Shown here: piece by piece, positions 1 to 9,574 of the stretch | How positions within the stretch are numbered: position 1 is the first letter of the stretch | Layout of the letters: every line of letters begins with the position of its first letter | Assembly (NCBI GenBank): GCA_002347565.1 | Contig: DDXR01000075.1 | Coordinates: forward strand, 13,932 to 77,931 | Length of the DNA stretch: 64,000 bases | DNA from: a bacterium UBP2_UBA2255 | GTDB lineage: Bacteria > Edwardsbacteria > AC1 > EtOH8 | Reading direction: 5' to 3' | Translations under genes and position numbers: made by a program | The notes under the pieces: model-generated | What the model saw: the letters and a program-made list of their open reading frames with translations, nothing else | Told to the model about the DNA's origin: nothing | Databases searched by the model: none

Positions 1-297
1 TTCCTCACCCGCAGCACCCTGACCATCATCCTGCTGGGCCTGGTGGCCTTCAGTTTCGACACCGCCGGTGGCGTGCTGTTCGCCAAGCTGATGAACCTGT
101 TCCTGAAGGAGAAGATCAATCCCATGGTGGGGGCGTCGGGCATATCCGCTTTCCCAATGTCGGCCCGGGTGATCCATCAGCTGGCGCAGAAGGAGGACCC
201 GGCCAATTTCCTTCTCAACCACAGCATCAGCGCCAACGTGGCCGGGCAGATCGGCTCCATTATCGCCGGCGGCCTGATCCTGGCGCTCGTCAAGTAG
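1..297 (+). CDS. Na+-translocating decarboxylase beta subunit (OadB/MmdB/GcdB family), C-terminal fragment; 5' end lies outside the window
   Basis: Open in frame 1 from base 1. Hydrophobic C-terminus with NPMVGASGISAFPMSARV and NFLLNHSISANVAGQIGS, as I remember for OadB-type beta subunits. TAG at 295-297. Confidence 0.75.
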   Translation, partial: FLTRSTLTIILLGLVAFSFDTAGGVLFAKLMNLFLKEKINPMVGASGISAFPMSARVIHQLAQKEDPANFLLNHSISANVAGQIGSIIAGGLILALVK

Positions 298-343
298 CGG
301 CCGGGGGCGCCGCGAACTACATACTCGCAGCATCGACCGCACC

Positions 344-499
344 ATGATCCGATCCAACTTCATCGCCAGCCTTGAGCTGATGGCCTTGGGCATGGCCGGC
401 ATCTTCGCCTTCATCCTGGTCTTCTACGGCCTGGTGCTGGCGTTGATCAGGCTGTTCCCCGCCGGCAAGGATGCCGGCCCCGGCGGTCCGGCATCCTGA
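344..499 (+). CDS. Small single-TM protein, candidate OadG-like gamma subunit
   Basis: 51-aa ORF below the track size cut-off (MIRSNFIASLELMALGMAGIFAFILVFYGLVLALIRLFPAGKD...). One hydrophobic helix. Sits directly after the beta subunit. Its TGA (497-499) overlaps the next ATG (TGATG). Confidence 0.4.
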   Translation: MIRSNFIASLELMALGMAGIFAFILVFYGLVLALIRLFPAGKDAGPGGPAS

Positions 500-771
500 T
501 GGAAATGGACGCAGCGCTGGTCAAGGCCGTCGGCTACGCCGCGGCCGCCCTATCCACCCTCAGCTTCCTGCCGCAGGTGGTCAAGAGCCTGCGCACCAGG
601 CGGCTGGAGGACATCAACCTGCTGTTCCTGCTGATGCTGATGGCCGGGCTTGTCCTGTGGACCGTCTACGGCTTCCTGCTGGGCCAGTGGCCTCTGATCG
701 CCGCCAACGCCGTCACTTTGGCCTTGAATTCCGTGCTGTTATGGCTTAAAATAACCCTTGGACGGAAGTGA
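499..771 (+). CDS. SemiSWEET / PQ-loop family half-size sugar transporter
   Basis: 90 aa with three hydrophobic helices and a PQ motif in helix 1 (LSTLSFLPQVVKS). Size and layout are typical of bacterial SemiSWEET. Confidence 0.75.
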   Translation: MEMDAALVKAVGYAAAALSTLSFLPQVVKSLRTRRLEDINLLFLLMLMAGLVLWTVYGFLLGQWPLIAANAVTLALNSVLLWLKITLGRK

Positions 772-850
772 CCCATCCATTGCCTCCGGCAACCCTGCCG
801 ATCCCTCCCCGAGCGGAGAGGGTTTTTTATTGAACCGATTCTCTAATGAA

Positions 851-3091
851 ATGAATCAGCCGATCCCCAAGCTGGCCATCCTCTCCTGCCTGGCGGCGAT
901 CACGTTCCTGGCCATCGGCCTGCCGACGGCGGCCGGCCGGCGGCCGATGGTCACGACCGACCGGCCGGAGTACTACCGATACCAGCTGGTGCGGGTGCGG
1001 GTGCGGGCCGACTCGTCCCTCGCCGCCCGCGCTGATTCCGTCATCGCCGTCGCCACGTTCCGGCACGGTGACTCGCTGGTCGCCGGAGTCGGCAGGATGA
1101 CCGAGGTCAGGCTGTCGTTCGACAAAACCGACAGCTGCTGGTCCGGCACATGGGCCATGCCCTGGAACCCGCCATTGGGGCGCTACACCGCTTTGGCCAC
1201 GGTCGCCGCTGGTCCTGACACCCTGGCCGATTCCGCCGCGTTCGCCGTCTCCGCGCGCACGCCGGCGAGGATCCCGGCTGGCTTCTGCGCCATGACCATC
1301 GAGAGCGCCGGCAATCTGCTAAACAACAAGACCCCCTCTCCCTACGGCAATCCCCCGGGCTGGCGCAACTTCACGGACTTCGCGAAATTCCTGGGCGCGG
1401 ACGCGGTGTGGTACTCGGTGGGCTGGACCATCGAGGGCGCGCCCGGCACCAGCGACCGCAACCCGTGGGTCAAGGACAATTTCAGGGTCTTCCCCAGGCT
1501 GGCCGCGGAGTGCCACGCCAAGGGGCTGCAGTTCGGCGGCTACGTCGGCAGCTACCTGCTGTGGGGCCCCAAGCTGCACAAACTGCAGTACGACTATTCG
1601 CTGGAGGTGGGCAAGGGCGGCGGCGTGTACCGGAACCACCACGTCAGCCTCGACGATCCCAAGCGCCGCGACGACATCGTCAAGGTCCTCAGGCAGCTGC
1701 AGGCCGACAGCTGCGTGGACTTCATCGGCCTGGACTACATCCGGCCTGGCGCCGGCGGCTTCGAAACGGTCGACGAGTTCGTCAGGCAGATGAACATCGA
1801 AACGCCGCACGAATGGCGGCAATGGCCGAAGAACACCCGGATCGCCTGGGTGGCGCGGCAGGTCAAGCCGATGTCGGACCGGCCCATCCGCGCCCGCTGG
1901 CAGTGGTGGCGGGCCCACCGCTCGGCCGCGGCGGTGGAACGGCTGCTGACGGAGGCCGGCGTCACCAAGCCGGTGTGGGGCTTCACCCTCGGCTGGGACA
2001 AGGGCCACGAGCACGGCCAGGATCCGCCAATGATGAACGACGCCGGCCTGGACCTGGACGCGGTGATGCTCTATGAATCCAACGCCAGGCAATGCCACGA
2101 GATGACCGGCCAGTGGTCCACCTACCTGCGCGGCGACGAGGTCCAGCTGCTGCCCGGCCAGCAGATCGACTGGGTGCTGCTGCAGAAAAGCGTCAGCCCG
2201 CCCGCGCCCGAGGAGTTCTACTGGCGGCTGACCGACGCCATCAAGGGCACCACCGACGGCGGACGGGTCAAGGGTCTGTTCTGGCACGACATGTTCCGTT
2301 CCTTCAAGGGCCGGCGCGGACCCCACGGCATGCGCGAGTGGCTGATCGCCGGCGCGGCTTCGTTCGCCAAGGTCCGGCAGGAACTGGGCTGCTTCCCGGT
2401 CTCCGCCCGGTTGCGCAGCGACGATGGCCAGCTGGCCCTGTGGATCGGCCGCACCGGCGCCTGCGACCGGATCTCGGTCGAGGCGCTGACGCCCGAGTCG
2501 CCCCTGCGTGTCCGGGGGATCGACCTCGGCCCCGACGTGGCAGATACCATGGTGACGCTGGGTCGGCTGCCCGGCCGGGGGCTGGCGGCCTACCGCATCA
2601 GCTGGGGCGGCACCGGGGCCAGGGACCAGATCGTGCTCTTCAAGTATTTCCCGGAGACCTATGCAGAACGACCGTTCCGCGCCGTGCAGTCGTTTCGCGC
2701 CGGCGGCGACCTGCTGATCGCCACGGCAGGCGCCAGACATGCCGTGAAAGCAGCCGAGATCGGGCGGATGGCCCGCTCGCTGGGCCTGGTTCCGAATGTC
2801 ATCCCGGCGGACAGCCTGTTCCCTTCCCTGCGGTACAAGTACTCGGCCTTGGTCATCATCGCCGACGACTCGTTGACTGCGGAACGGGCCGACCGCGCCG
2901 GCGTCTGGCCCCGGCCGCCGCTGATGATCGCCAAAAACGCGAACAGCGGGTTCCAGCATCAACCGGCGTTTGATGCCCGCAGCATCCTGGAAATCCTGGG
3001 GCAAAGCGCCATGCCGTCACCCGTCCGGAAGAGCCTGGCCGTGCCCGGCCGGGGGCATGACACCCGGCCGTCGTGGCCGTTGACACCTTGA
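851..3091 (+). CDS. Secreted glycoside-hydrolase-like TIM-barrel protein (GHL-type), function unknown
   Basis: ATG at 851 gives a signal-like N-terminus (MNQPIPKLAILSCLAAITFLAIGLPTAAG). The central region ...VDFIGLDYIRPGAGG... resembles GH-like TIM-barrel (YddW/GHL10-type) families. The upstream part of the 758 ORF overlaps the SemiSWEET gene and was discarded. Confidence 0.45.
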   Translation: MNQPIPKLAILSCLAAITFLAIGLPTAAGRRPMVTTDRPEYYRYQLVRVRVRADSSLAARADSVIAVATFRHGDSLVAGVGRMTEVRLSFDKTDSCWSGTWAMPWNPPLGRYTALATVAAGPDTLADSAAFAVSARTPARIPAGFCAMTIESAGNLLNNKTPSPYGNPPGWRNFTDFAKFLGADAVWYSVGWTIEGAPGTSDRNPWVKDNFRVFPRLAAECHAKGLQFGGYVGSYLLWGPKLHKLQYDYSLEVGKGGGVYRNHHVSLDDPKRRDDIVKVLRQLQADSCVDFIGLDYIRPGAGGFETVDEFVRQMNIETPHEWRQWPKNTRIAWVARQVKPMSDRPIRARWQWWRAHRSAAAVERLLTEAGVTKPVWGFTLGWDKGHEHGQDPPMMNDAGLDLDAVMLYESNARQCHEMTGQWSTYLRGDEVQLLPGQQIDWVLLQKSVSPPAPEEFYWRLTDAIKGTTDGGRVKGLFWHDMFRSFKGRRGPHGMREWLIAGAASFAKVRQELGCFPVSARLRSDDGQLALWIGRTGACDRISVEALTPESPLRVRGIDLGPDVADTMVTLGRLPGRGLAAYRISWGGTGARDQIVLFKYFPETYAERPFRAVQSFRAGGDLLIATAGARHAVKAAEIGRMARSLGLVPNVIPADSLFPSLRYKYSALVIIADDSLTAERADRAGVWPRPPLMIAKNANSGFQHQPAFDARSILEILGQSAMPSPVRKSLAVPGRGHDTRPSWPLTP

Positions 3092-3116
3092 CAAACGGCA
3101 GCAAATGAGTTATCAT
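3088..3116 (+). promoter_or_regulatory. Sigma70-like promoter TTGACA-17-TATCAT upstream of the PorV/PorQ-like gene
   Basis: TTGACA 3088-3093, 17-nt spacer, TATCAT 3111-3116. The GTG start at 3125 is only 8 nt beyond the -10, implying a leaderless or near-leaderless mRNA. Confidence 0.35.
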
Positions 3117-3124
3117 TATATATT

Positions 3125-4108
3125 GTGATCAAAGCAATTAGCGTAATAATCGGCCTGGCGCTGACTACCGTGTTCCTGCCGGCCCTGCCCTGTCACGGAG
3201 CGAAGTACGCCGGCGAGTTCACCTACCTTGGACTGGGCGCCCGCGCCTTGGCCATGGGCGGCGCCTATGTGTCACTGGCTGAAGACGGATTCGCCTGCTA
3301 TTGGAACCCTGCCGGCACGGTCAAGGGCGAGCACCAGGCTGCGTTCATGCATTCATCGACCTACGGCGGGATGGTCAACTATGATGCCGCAGGTTACTGC
3401 CGTCCAGTGAACGGCGGCGGCATCGGGCTGGTGCTTTTCCGCCTCAGCGTCGAGGACGTGCCGATGACCGGCGATGCCCTGATCGACCTGAACCACAACG
3501 GCTTGATGGACCCCGGCGAGAGGCTCGATTACGCCAAGATCAGCTTCACCAGCGACAACGAATGGTTCCTGCTGGCCAACTACAGCCGATCGCTGCGATG
3601 GGGCCTTGATGCCGGCGGCAACCTCAAACTGGTCTACAAGTCGGTCGGCCCCAACAGCGCCTGGGGATTGGGACTTGATGCCGGGATACTGGCCGGATTG
3701 CCGTGGAACCTGACCGCCGGGCTGCATGTGGCGGACCTGTCGACCACCTACCTTGCCTGGGATACCGGGACCAGGGAGCTGATCACCCCCACGGCCAGGC
3801 TGGGGCTGTCTTGGCGGCCCAGGTTCGGCCCGGGCCGGCAGCCGCTGACCCTCTCGGGCGCGGCCGACATCAGGTTCGAGGGACGCGCCACCTCGGCCCA
3901 GTACCGGGCCGGAGCGGCCAGCGCCGACCTGCACGCCGGCATCGAGTACCTGGTCAAACAGCGGCTGGCCCTGCGGCTGGGGGTCGATCAAAGCCGGTTC
4001 GCAGCCGGGGCCGGGCTCCGTTTGGGACGTTTCGGTATCGATTACGCCTTCCTGGGCAGCGGTGAGCTGGGCAACAGCACGCGCATCTCCGGCAGCATCG
4101 GCTTCTAG
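3125..4108 (+). CDS. PorV/PorQ-family outer-membrane beta-barrel protein (T9SS-associated family)
   Basis: GTG start and signal peptide. N-terminal motif LGLGARALAMGGAYVSLAEDGFACYWNPAG is shared with the 833-aa PorV-like protein at 32399-34900. Ends in ...SGSIGF (aromatic C-terminus). Confidence 0.6.
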   Translation: MIKAISVIIGLALTTVFLPALPCHGAKYAGEFTYLGLGARALAMGGAYVSLAEDGFACYWNPAGTVKGEHQAAFMHSSTYGGMVNYDAAGYCRPVNGGGIGLVLFRLSVEDVPMTGDALIDLNHNGLMDPGERLDYAKISFTSDNEWFLLANYSRSLRWGLDAGGNLKLVYKSVGPNSAWGLGLDAGILAGLPWNLTAGLHVADLSTTYLAWDTGTRELITPTARLGLSWRPRFGPGRQPLTLSGAADIRFEGRATSAQYRAGAASADLHAGIEYLVKQRLALRLGVDQSRFAAGAGLRLGRFGIDYAFLGSGELGNSTRISGSIGF

Positions 4109-4111
4109 GCG

Positions 4112-4732
4112 ATGACGCTGGCCCGCGAGATCCGCCGCAAGTCGTTCCACGTGCTGGCCGGGATGACCATTCCCGTGCTGTATTACCTGTTCCTGGCCTG
4201 GCAGCACATCAGCGGCAAGCCGTACACCTATTTGGCAAAATGGATCCTGGCGGCGGCCACCGCGGCCATCCTGGCGGTCGATCTGATCCGCCTGCGGCAC
4301 CAGTTCTTCAAGATCATCTTCATCGATTTTTTCGGTCCCCTGCTGCGGCGTCATGAGATCTCGGCCCTGACCGGCGCCACCTACCTGATGCTGTCGTCGA
4401 CCATCTGCGTGCTGATCTACCGCAGCGACGTGGCGATCGCCGCCATCGCCTTCATGGTGATCGGCGACGCTTTCGCCGCCATCGCCGGCCGCAGCTTCGG
4501 CAAACCCGTGTTGTACGGCAAATCGCTCGAGGGGACGATGGCCTGCCTGGCCGGCTGCCTGTTGATCGGCTCGGCGGTGGTGGCGGTGCCCGGTTCGGGC
4601 TTGCGCCTGCTGCCGATGGCCCTGGGCGCGGTGGCCGCGTCGGCGGCCGAGCTGGCGCCGCTCCAGCTGGACGATAACATCACCATTCCCATCCTGTCCG
4701 GACTGGTGATGAACTTGGCGTACAACATATAA
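4112..4732 (+). CDS. CTP-dependent polyprenol/dolichol kinase-like membrane protein (CTP_transf_1 / COG0170 type)
   Basis: Polytopic membrane protein with RKSFHVLAG near the N-terminus and GDAFAAIAGRSFGK near the C-terminus. Confidence 0.55.
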   Translation: MTLAREIRRKSFHVLAGMTIPVLYYLFLAWQHISGKPYTYLAKWILAAATAAILAVDLIRLRHQFFKIIFIDFFGPLLRRHEISALTGATYLMLSSTICVLIYRSDVAIAAIAFMVIGDAFAAIAGRSFGKPVLYGKSLEGTMACLAGCLLIGSAVVAVPGSGLRLLPMALGAVAASAAELAPLQLDDNITIPILSGLVMNLAYNI

Positions 4733-4784
4733 TCCGGCATATCGACCGTAACCCAATCACCATCAACGGAGGAGAACTCGGACC

Positions 4785-6257
4785 ATGACCCTCAGCAAGC
4801 TGACGTTCACCGCCCTGGCCGCCCTGGCCGCCCTCGCCTTTCCGCTGCAGGCCCAGAAGCAGCCTGCCGCCAAGCCCGTTGCCGCGACCGAGGCGATCCT
4901 GGCGACCACCGCATCCCTGAGCCTGAAATACGGGGACTTCGCCGAGGCGATCGCCAACTATGAGAATCTCCTGAAGCGCTACCCCGCCGCAGCGCTCGCC
5001 AAGGAGTACACCTACCAGCTGGCCATGGCCTACGAGCGCACCGGCAACAGCCAGAAGGCGGCCGAGCTGTTCCAGGACGTGGTCACCAAGTTCAAGGGCA
5101 GGACCGCGGCCACCGCCAACATCGACAGCATGGCGATGGAAGGCGTGGGACGCTGCTTCAACAAGAACTTCCAGGAATACGAGGTGTTCATCAACGGCCG
5201 GCCCGTCACCAAGCTGGAAATGGACGCCGAGCTGGAGAAGGTCCCCGCCATGTACCGGGGCCAGTTCGAGGGCGCCGAGGGCCGGCAGAAGTTCGTCGAG
5301 CGCTACATCGAGCGCACCCTGCTGTACGACGAAGCCAGAAAGCTCAACCCCGAACTGGACCCGGAGTTCTACCAGAAGCTGCAGGACACCAAGCAGGACC
5401 AGTACATCCGCTACCTGATCGACAAGGAGGTTTCGGCCAGGGCCCATCCCTCCGAAGCCGAGATCAAGGCCCACTACAAGAAGAACCTGAACGACCACCG
5501 CACCAAGGAACAGGTCAAGGCACGGCAGATCACGGTCAAATCCAGGGCCGAGGCCGAGCAGTTGCTCAAGGACCTCAAAAAGGCCCCATTCGACAGCCTG
5601 GCCCGGTCACGTTCCATCGACAGCTACGCCAGGAGCGGCGGCGACCTGGGGCTGGTCAACCGGAACCAGTTCCCGGCGTTGGACACCGCGCTGTTCGTCA
5701 AGACCAAGAAGGGCCAGCTGTCGAAGATCATTCCGTTGGACCCGAGATACGCCATCGTCAAGCTCGAAGCCAAGGACAAGGACAAGCTGCACCTGCGGTG
5801 GATCGTTGCCGGCAGCGCCGCCGAAGCGAGCAGGATCTCGGCAGCCCTGGCCGCCGATCACACGGCCTTCGACAGCCTGGCCTCGTCGGTATCGATCGAT
5901 CCCGCCACCAAGGAGAAAGCCGGCGATCTGGGGTTCGTGTCCAAGAAGGATATCGATGAAAACGTCTTCAAGGCCGCCGCGAAGCTGCGGAAGCCGGGCG
6001 ACATTGCCGCCAAGCCCGTGCTGTTCCACGCGAAGCACGCCGTGGTCAAGGTCGAGGACAAGATCCCTGCCGGCATCAAGACACTCGACCAGGTGAAGGG
6101 GCAGATCTCGAGCCAGCTGTTCTCGGATCGGCAGCGCAAAAACTATGAGGACCTGCTGACCCGCATCAAAGGCGCCGCCGCCATCGAGTACCCCAAGCCC
6201 GAGGCGGCTCCGGCCGTGCCTTCCGACCCAGAGCACACGCCGACCGACAAGAAGTAG
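4785..6257 (+). CDS. Periplasmic PpiC/parvulin-type peptidyl-prolyl isomerase (SurA/PrsA-like) with N-terminal TPR-like region
   Basis: Signal peptide. Two parvulin-like segments (...VKARQITVKS...SGGDLGLVNR... and ...KAGDLGFVSKKDI...). SD GGAGGAG upstream. Confidence 0.8.
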   Translation: MTLSKLTFTALAALAALAFPLQAQKQPAAKPVAATEAILATTASLSLKYGDFAEAIANYENLLKRYPAAALAKEYTYQLAMAYERTGNSQKAAELFQDVVTKFKGRTAATANIDSMAMEGVGRCFNKNFQEYEVFINGRPVTKLEMDAELEKVPAMYRGQFEGAEGRQKFVERYIERTLLYDEARKLNPELDPEFYQKLQDTKQDQYIRYLIDKEVSARAHPSEAEIKAHYKKNLNDHRTKEQVKARQITVKSRAEAEQLLKDLKKAPFDSLARSRSIDSYARSGGDLGLVNRNQFPALDTALFVKTKKGQLSKIIPLDPRYAIVKLEAKDKDKLHLRWIVAGSAAEASRISAALAADHTAFDSLASSVSIDPATKEKAGDLGFVSKKDIDENVFKAAAKLRKPGDIAAKPVLFHAKHAVVKVEDKIPAGIKTLDQVKGQISSQLFSDRQRKNYEDLLTRIKGAAAIEYPKPEAAPAVPSDPEHTPTDKK

Positions 6258-6268
6258 AGCGGGCGGCA

Positions 6269-6307
6269 GACCAAGAGGCTTGCGGCACGACCGCAAGCCT
6301 CTTGGTC
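6269..6307 (+). terminator. Terminator-like hairpin after ppiC
   Basis: Perfect 17-bp stem GACCAAGAGGCTTGCGG / CCGCAAGCCTCTTGGTC with a 5-nt loop, 12 nt after the stop. Weak T tract. Confidence 0.6.
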
Positions 6308-6308
6308 G

Positions 6309-6337
6309 TTGACTTTGCGGGCGATGCCGGTTATAAT
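6309..6337 (+). promoter_or_regulatory. Near-consensus sigma70-like promoter TTGACT-17-TATAAT upstream of galT-glgA-mglA
   Basis: TTGACT 6309-6314, 17-nt spacer, TATAAT 6332-6337. Lies directly after the ppiC terminator hairpin. About 100-nt leader to the galT ATG. Confidence 0.6.
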
Positions 6338-6443
6338 GAGCCCATCACGCCGGCACGCGGCCCCCGACGGGTGACGTTCGGTGATCGCCCGGCCGTAAGC
6401 GGCTCCGGTTGTCTTTACATCATCAATACGATCAGCACGCCAC

Positions 6444-7439
6444 ATGCCCGAACTACGCAAAGACCCGATCGTCGGCCGCTGGGTCATCATCTCCACTGAG
6501 CGCGGCAAGCGGCCCATGATGGTCGAGGGATTGCCCCGGCGCCAGCCTGATGAAGTCTGCCCCTTCTGCCCCGGCAACGAGGAACTGACGCCTCCGGAGA
6601 TCCTGTCCGTCCGCGATACCGGGGAACCCAACCAGCCGGGCTGGCGGGTGCGGGTGGTGCCCAACAAATTCCCCGCCCTGCGGGTCGAGGGCGATCTTGA
6701 CAAGACCGGAGAGGGATTGTACGACAAAATGAACGGCGTCGGCGCCCATGAGGTGATCATCGAGACGCCGCGGCACGACCTCCAGCTTTCGGACCTCGGC
6801 CAGGCGCAGATCGCCGAAGTGCTCGCCGCCTGCGTGGAAAGGATGAACGATCTCAAGCAGGACGTCCGCCTGAAGTACCTGATGGTGTTCAAGAACCACG
6901 GCATCCGGGCGGGCGCCACCCTGGAGCACAGCCATAGCCAGATCATCGCCACCCCCACCGTCCCCAAGGTGATCAATGAAGAGCTGACCGGAGCCCGCCA
7001 TTACTACGAATACAAGGAACGCTGCGTGTTCTGCGACATCGTCAAGCAGGAGCTCGACGACCGGCGCCGGCTGGTGGCCGAGAACGGAGGTTTCATCTCG
7101 ATCGTACCCTTCGCCCCCCGTTTCCCGTTCGAGACGTGGATCCTGCCGCGCCGGCACCGGGCCAGCTTCGAGGATACCCCCCGGCCCGAACTGACGGAGC
7201 TGGCGGAGATCCTCAAGGAGACGCTGGTACGGACCGCGCGGTCGGTCAACGACCCGCCCTACAACTACGTGATCCACACCGCGCCCTGCGGCAAGTCGCA
7301 AGCCGAGTACTACCACTGGCACATCGAGATCATGCCCCGCATCACCAGGGTGGCCGGGTTCGAGCGCGGCACCGGCTTCTACATCAATCCCACTCCGCCC
7401 GAGGAGGCGGCCCGGTTCATGAAAGAACTCGCGCTGTGA
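6444..7439 (+). CDS. galT: Galactose-1-phosphate uridylyltransferase family (GalT-type HIT nucleotidyltransferase)
   Basis: Zinc site CPFCPGNE and active-site HSHSQI (H-x-H-x-Q). About 330 aa. Confidence 0.85.
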   Translation: MPELRKDPIVGRWVIISTERGKRPMMVEGLPRRQPDEVCPFCPGNEELTPPEILSVRDTGEPNQPGWRVRVVPNKFPALRVEGDLDKTGEGLYDKMNGVGAHEVIIETPRHDLQLSDLGQAQIAEVLAACVERMNDLKQDVRLKYLMVFKNHGIRAGATLEHSHSQIIATPTVPKVINEELTGARHYYEYKERCVFCDIVKQELDDRRRLVAENGGFISIVPFAPRFPFETWILPRRHRASFEDTPRPELTELAEILKETLVRTARSVNDPPYNYVIHTAPCGKSQAEYYHWHIEIMPRITRVAGFERGTGFYINPTPPEEAARFMKELAL

Positions 7440-8926
7440 GCACCGGCCCTCTGGCGATCGCCTTGGTCGCCTCCGAAGCCGTGCCCTTCGCCAAGACCGG
7501 CGGACTGGCCGATGTCACCGGCGCGATGGCCCGGGAACTGGCCCGCGCCGGGCACCGGGTGGCGCTGGTGATCCCGGGGCATCAGCGGATCGACCGGAGG
7601 CAGCACGGGCTCAAGCCGACCGGGCTGGCGCTCGACGTCGCGCTGGGCGGCGATGTCCGCCGGGTCAGCGTCGCCGCGACCGACGCCCTGCCTGGCGTTC
7701 GAACGTTGGTCATCGACCATCCCATGTTCGGAGAGCGGCCGGAGCTCTACGGCGACCGCGACGGCGACTACCCCGACAACGGAATGCGCTACGGTCTTTT
7801 TTCACGCGCGGCGCTGCACCTCCTGCGCCAAGACGGCTTCTCGCCTGACATCATCCACTGCCATGACTGGCAGACCGGGCTGGTGCCGGTGTTCCTCCGC
7901 CAGGAGGGGTGGTTCCCCGGCGCCAGAAGCGTGTTCACAATACACAACCTGGCATATCAGGGCATCTTCGGCCGCGAGATCCTGCGCACGCTGGGGCTGC
8001 CTGATTCGCTCTACCACATGGACGGCCTCGAATACTACGGACAGATCAACTATCTCAAGGGTGGCCTGTTTTTCTCCGACCGGCTGACCACGGTCAGCCC
8101 CTCCTATGCCGAACAGATCATCACTCCAGGCTACGGCTGCGGCCTGGACGGCGCGTTGCGCTCCGTTGCCGGTCGGCTGACAGGAATCCTCAACGGCGTC
8201 GACGACGCCGAGTGGGGGCCTGCCCGTGACCCCTACCTGCCGCGATACGATGCCTCCAGGCTGCACCTCAAGGAAAGCGCCAAGCGGCTGTTATGCAAGC
8301 GGACCGGCCTGGGATACCGCACCGGCCGCCCAGTCGCCGGTGTGATTTCGCGCCTGGCCATGCAGAAGGGATGGGACATCCTCGGCGCGGCCCTGCCCGG
8401 CCTGCTGGAGATGGACCTGGACGTCGTCGTTCTCGGCGCCGGCGACCGGCCCTACCACGAGCTGTTGCAGCAACTGCCGGCCCGTTACCCGGGGCGGATC
8501 GGCCTCAAGCTGGGATTCGACAATGAACTGGCGCACTTCATCTACGGCGGCGCCGACCTGTTCCTGATGCCGTCCCAGTATGAACCGTGCGGACTGGGGC
8601 AGATGATCGCCATGCGCTACGGGACCATCCCGGTGGTCCGAGCCACCGGCGGCCTGGCCGACACCGTGGTCGACCACCGGCAGTCGCCGCTGACTTCGAA
8701 CGGCTTCAGCTTTCCGGGGTACAGCGCCGACGAGCTGTCCCGGACCGTGTCGGAGGCACTGTCCGTCTATCGCGTGATACCGGAGTGGCAGGCGCTGATG
8801 AGGCGGGCCATGGCCTGCGATCATACCTGGGCTTCGTCCATTTCCCGCTACCTGGACCTGTACCGCGACCTGCTGGCCGGCGGGCCTCCTGACGGCCCGG
8901 GTCCCGACGTTTTACCTATCGACTGA
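7436..8926 (+). CDS. glgA: Glycogen/starch synthase
   Basis: GTG at 7436 overlaps the galT TGA (GTGA). N-terminal [20 protein letters not shown] (KTGGL motif). C-terminal [12 protein letters not shown]. Confidence 0.9.
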   Translation: MSTGPLAIALVASEAVPFAKTGGLADVTGAMARELARAGHRVALVIPGHQRIDRRQHGLKPTGLALDVALGGDVRRVSVAATDALPGVRTLVIDHPMFGERPELYGDRDGDYPDNGMRYGLFSRAALHLLRQDGFSPDIIHCHDWQTGLVPVFLRQEGWFPGARSVFTIHNLAYQGIFGREILRTLGLPDSLYHMDGLEYYGQINYLKGGLFFSDRLTTVSPSYAEQIITPGYGCGLDGALRSVAGRLTGILNGVDDAEWGPARDPYLPRYDASRLHLKESAKRLLCKRTGLGYRTGRPVAGVISRLAMQKGWDILGAALPGLLEMDLDVVVLGAGDRPYHELLQQLPARYPGRIGLKLGFDNELAHFIYGGADLFLMPSQYEPCGLGQMIAMRYGTIPVVRATGGLADTVVDHRQSPLTSNGFSFPGYSADELSRTVSEALSVYRVIPEWQALMRRAMACDHTWASSISRYLDLYRDLLAGGPPDGPGPDVLPID

Positions 8927-8934
8927 CGGCCGCC

Positions 8935-9528
8935 ATGGCACTTATCAACCGCGCCTCGCACGAGATCGGCTGCAAGATCGTCTACTACGGCCCGGGACTG
9001 GGGGGCAAGACGACGAACCTGAAGCAGATCTACCAGAAGGTCTCGCCCGACGCCAAGGGCCAGTTGATCTCGCTGGCCACCGAGATGGACCGCACGCTGT
9101 TCTTCGATTTCATGCCGCTGGACCTGGGATCGATCCAGGGGTACAGGACCAAGTTCCACCTCTACACCGTGCCGGGGCAGGTCTTCTACAACGCCTCCCG
9201 CAAGCTGGTGCTGAGGGGCGTCGACGGCGTGGTGTTTGTGGCCGATTCTCAGGAGGAACGGCAGGCCGACACCTCGGACAGTTTCCGAAACTTGGGCGAG
9301 AACCTGGCCGAGATGGGGCTGACCATCCACTCCGTGCCGGTGATTCTTCAGTACAACAAGCGCGACCTGCCAAACATCGTGCCCATGGAAGCGCTGCAAG
9401 CGTCCCTCAACCCGGACAACCGGTTTCAATGTTTCGAGGCCGTGGCCAGCTCTGGCATCGGCGTGTTCGAGACCCTCAAGGCGCTGGCCGTGCAGGTGCT
9501 GGCCAACGTGGGGAAAAAGCTGGCATGA
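8935..9528 (+). CDS. mglA: Ras-like GTPase MglA (mutual gliding-motility protein A family)
   Basis: [33 protein letters not shown] closely matches my memory of the Myxococcus MglA N-terminus. [10 protein letters not shown] switch region and NKRDL G4. Confidence 0.85.
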   Translation: MALINRASHEIGCKIVYYGPGLGGKTTNLKQIYQKVSPDAKGQLISLATEMDRTLFFDFMPLDLGSIQGYRTKFHLYTVPGQVFYNASRKLVLRGVDGVVFVADSQEERQADTSDSFRNLGENLAEMGLTIHSVPVILQYNKRDLPNIVPMEALQASLNPDNRFQCFEAVASSGIGVFETLKALAVQVLANVGKKLA

Positions 9529-9574
9529 ATCACCGGCCCGAATCCCCGACCGAGGTTTCACAGCCTCGGTCGTT

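Noticed and set aside
1319-3004. 561-aa antisense ORF opposite the GH-like gene. Similar very long ORFs include 3353-4756(-), 14383-16164(+), 35229-36413(-), 36812-38785(+), 43796-45379(-) and 46129-47337(+).
   Set aside because: They are Arg/Gly/Pro/Ala-rich, have no motifs, and lie opposite or out of frame with ORFs that carry clear family signatures. These are typical stop-codon-poor shadow frames of a high-GC genome.
7136-7435. N-terminal 100-aa extension of the glgA ORF overlapping galT.
   Set aside because: The extension is a frame-shifted read of the galT 3' end with low-complexity content. The conserved GlgA N-terminus (KTGGL) starts right after the GTG at 7436, which overlaps the galT stop.
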